Assembly (NCBI GenBank): GCA_965213685.1
Contig: CBDBZY010000064.1
Coordinates: 512,001-576,000, forward strand
Length of the DNA: 64,000 nt
Reading direction: 5' to 3'
Source of the DNA: a bacterium
GTDB taxonomy: Bacteria > UBA8248
The notes under the pieces are model-generated. The model was given only the letters and a program-made list of their open reading frames with translations. It did not search any database and was not told where the DNA came from. How positions within the stretch are numbered: the first letter of the stretch is position 1; every line of letters begins with the position of its first letter. Positions 61,759-64,000 of this stretch are shown one piece after another. Made by a program: the position numbers and the translations under genes.

Positions 61759-64000
61759 ATGCATGCATGAAAGCATGTACACATGGGTGTGTGGGGGGAC
61801 AGAGAAATAACTTTGTCTGGGGGCACTGTTGAGGTAAATTGCCTCTTCACACTGGGTGTGGTGGGCTCTAAGGTCGACATCCTGTTGTACTGGTACTCAC
61901 AACCCGCCATACCAGTATTCCTCATACCAGCATTCCGCTCCACATCCCATGGCTGAGCTGGAACTGTCTTATCTCCCACTACACCCTATCCAGCTTTGTG
62001 GGAGGGCTTGTGTTTAGCCAGTGCACTGTGTGCTCCAATCACTCTGCATACCACTGGTTAGAAATTGGTTCAGAGGTGGCCCATGGTGTTGGTGGAGACC
62101 CTATGGAGGGAGGGAGCCTGGGAGTGAGGCTGTGGACACCCACCACAACCCAATCAACACCCCTTATTGCCCCATGTGGGTTGTCTTGCAGCAGGAAGTT
62201 GGTAGAGCAGCCATTCCATGGACTAGTGTCTGGATGATGTTCTGTGGTAGAGTAGGTAGTAGATATGTGTGGGTCAGGAACCACATGTATGATACTGTCA
62301 GGACAGCCTGCACTTGGCTAGTCAGCAGGGCTAGGCATGAATGTTAATGAGGAGCTGCAGAGAGGGCTATTTTCAGAAGTACATCTGGAAACAGTCTGGG
62401 AATCTCAACCCATCACACACAAAAATTAATTAAGCTTTCATTCATGTGACTTCACATCCCAGTTTCTGCTGTCATCATCGATAGTGCGCACACCACCTAT
62501 CTTCAGGGGAAGGCCCTGTAATCAAGGCTAATATTCCCACTGTTTGTTGACAAACGAATGCCATCCCAGCAGACACTGCTACTGAGTGGGTGTGGTGTGT
62601 GCTGGAGTGGAGGTAGTGCCTGGCACTTGGCATCCTACATGTATCACAACATGTACACACATGTATTAGTGACACTGCCCCACATTGACAGCATCTCTCA
62701 CTACCTTACAGTTGGTCCTGTGCTCTTGTGCATGAGGTATTGGCTGGATATGTACATGTACATGTCTCATGTGCTCATGTGACAGAATGTGATGCATCAT
62801 GTGAGTGTCAGTCTTCCTGTGAGGAGAGTGGCTACACTCGTAGTGCATGTCCATGGTCACTATACTCATAGATACTATACCTTGCAGGGTATGTACATGT
62901 ATGTGTGTACATGTGTGTTGCAACACCATTGACTCCTGACCCCTCCTCCCTGTATGTCTCTCACATACAAACATGGCCATATCCTCTCGGCTTTCCTTGT
63001 AGTGTGGATCAATTCCACTGGAAGTCCATATAAACACACACACACCTGTACACATACGATTCTTTCCATTCCTCTCCTTTGTTGCAGGTCATGAATGCTA
63101 CATGTATATAGCTCGCATAGTAGAGTGTACATAGACTCATTGTACTGTCCTAGAGTGCATGTACATGTACTATAACCCAGGAAGGAGTGTGGCCATACAG
63201 GAGGTGAGCAACTCACCTGACTCTGGTCTGACTTGAGTGGTATGATGGATGAAAGGAGGAGAGGGGGAGGGAGAGTGGAAGGGAGGGAGGGAGGCAGGGA
63301 GGGAGGGAAGGAGAGAGTGGGGGGGAAGGAGGAATGGAGGGAGGGAGGGAGGGAGGGAGGGAGGGAGGGAGAAGGAAGGGTAGTAGGGGAGGGAATAGTG
63401 TTCACGATGGGCATCTGGTGGGTGTGTTTGTTAGGCATGTAAACACTTCCCCTTATCTCAGTCTCCAAGGACCTCTAGTACCGCATGAATTCTCTCCAGC
63501 CCTAGGGAGCAGACCAGCCACCCGAAACACTGCCCCAGCCCCCACTGCAGCTGCCGGGGAAAGGGGAGGATGGCATGAATACCATGACAACAATGTTGAT
63601 TGTAGTGGAGGCAGCTCAGTCTCCATTGGGTGTGGTGCTACATGCCTGCAAGTACATATTGTCTCTCTGATCAGGGCACCCTTGGGACAAGAAGGAATGT
63701 CCTCAGTAACAGGGTATTCAGGGGTCAAATGTACTCCATTATGGTATGTGAAGACAGCAGTAGGGTCTTGTGTGTCAAGTTGTTGGTGTCCTGCTGAGAG
63801 GAGCTCCACTGCCTGTACATGTGCTAGTGTAGGCCAGCCATTCTGTGTGCAGGTACCTCAACTGTGTGCATTCTCAGTACACTCTCGATCGAGAGGAACG
63901 AAGTTCCACGTGTCCATATTGATTACATATTACATATGTAGAGACATGCACACAATACACTGCACCATATACTACATCAGGCATGTACATCTACATGTAC

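Overview
This is repeat-rich eukaryotic DNA with GT-AG introns. It is most likely from a demosponge, an inference from the gene content and the abundant TACATG repeats. Three spliced genes can be read by eye. (1) A minus-strand type-I membrane receptor at 28030-17390, built from repeated Ig-Ig-Ig-FN3 exon modules, with a tyrosine-motif (ITIM-like) tail, one broken chimeric exon and a decayed duplicate FN3-TM-tail cassette downstream. (2) A two-exon secreted 8-cysteine protein of unknown family at 34727-35375, with a pseudogene paralog at 13229-14281. (3) A plus-strand proline-rich, CABIT-like adaptor gene from 50640 that runs past the last exon found at 61422. The window also holds a NACHT/NLR remnant, three large CR1/L2-group LINEs, a Gypsy integrase remnant, tRNA-derived SINEs and many MITEs. 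The most unusual signal is a non-coding mobile element present three times. It has a small stem-loop plus a 12-bp motif at one end and a long palindrome at the other. The palindrome arms are homogenised within each copy, and the central loop occurs in two opposite (flip/flop) orientations relative to the element body.
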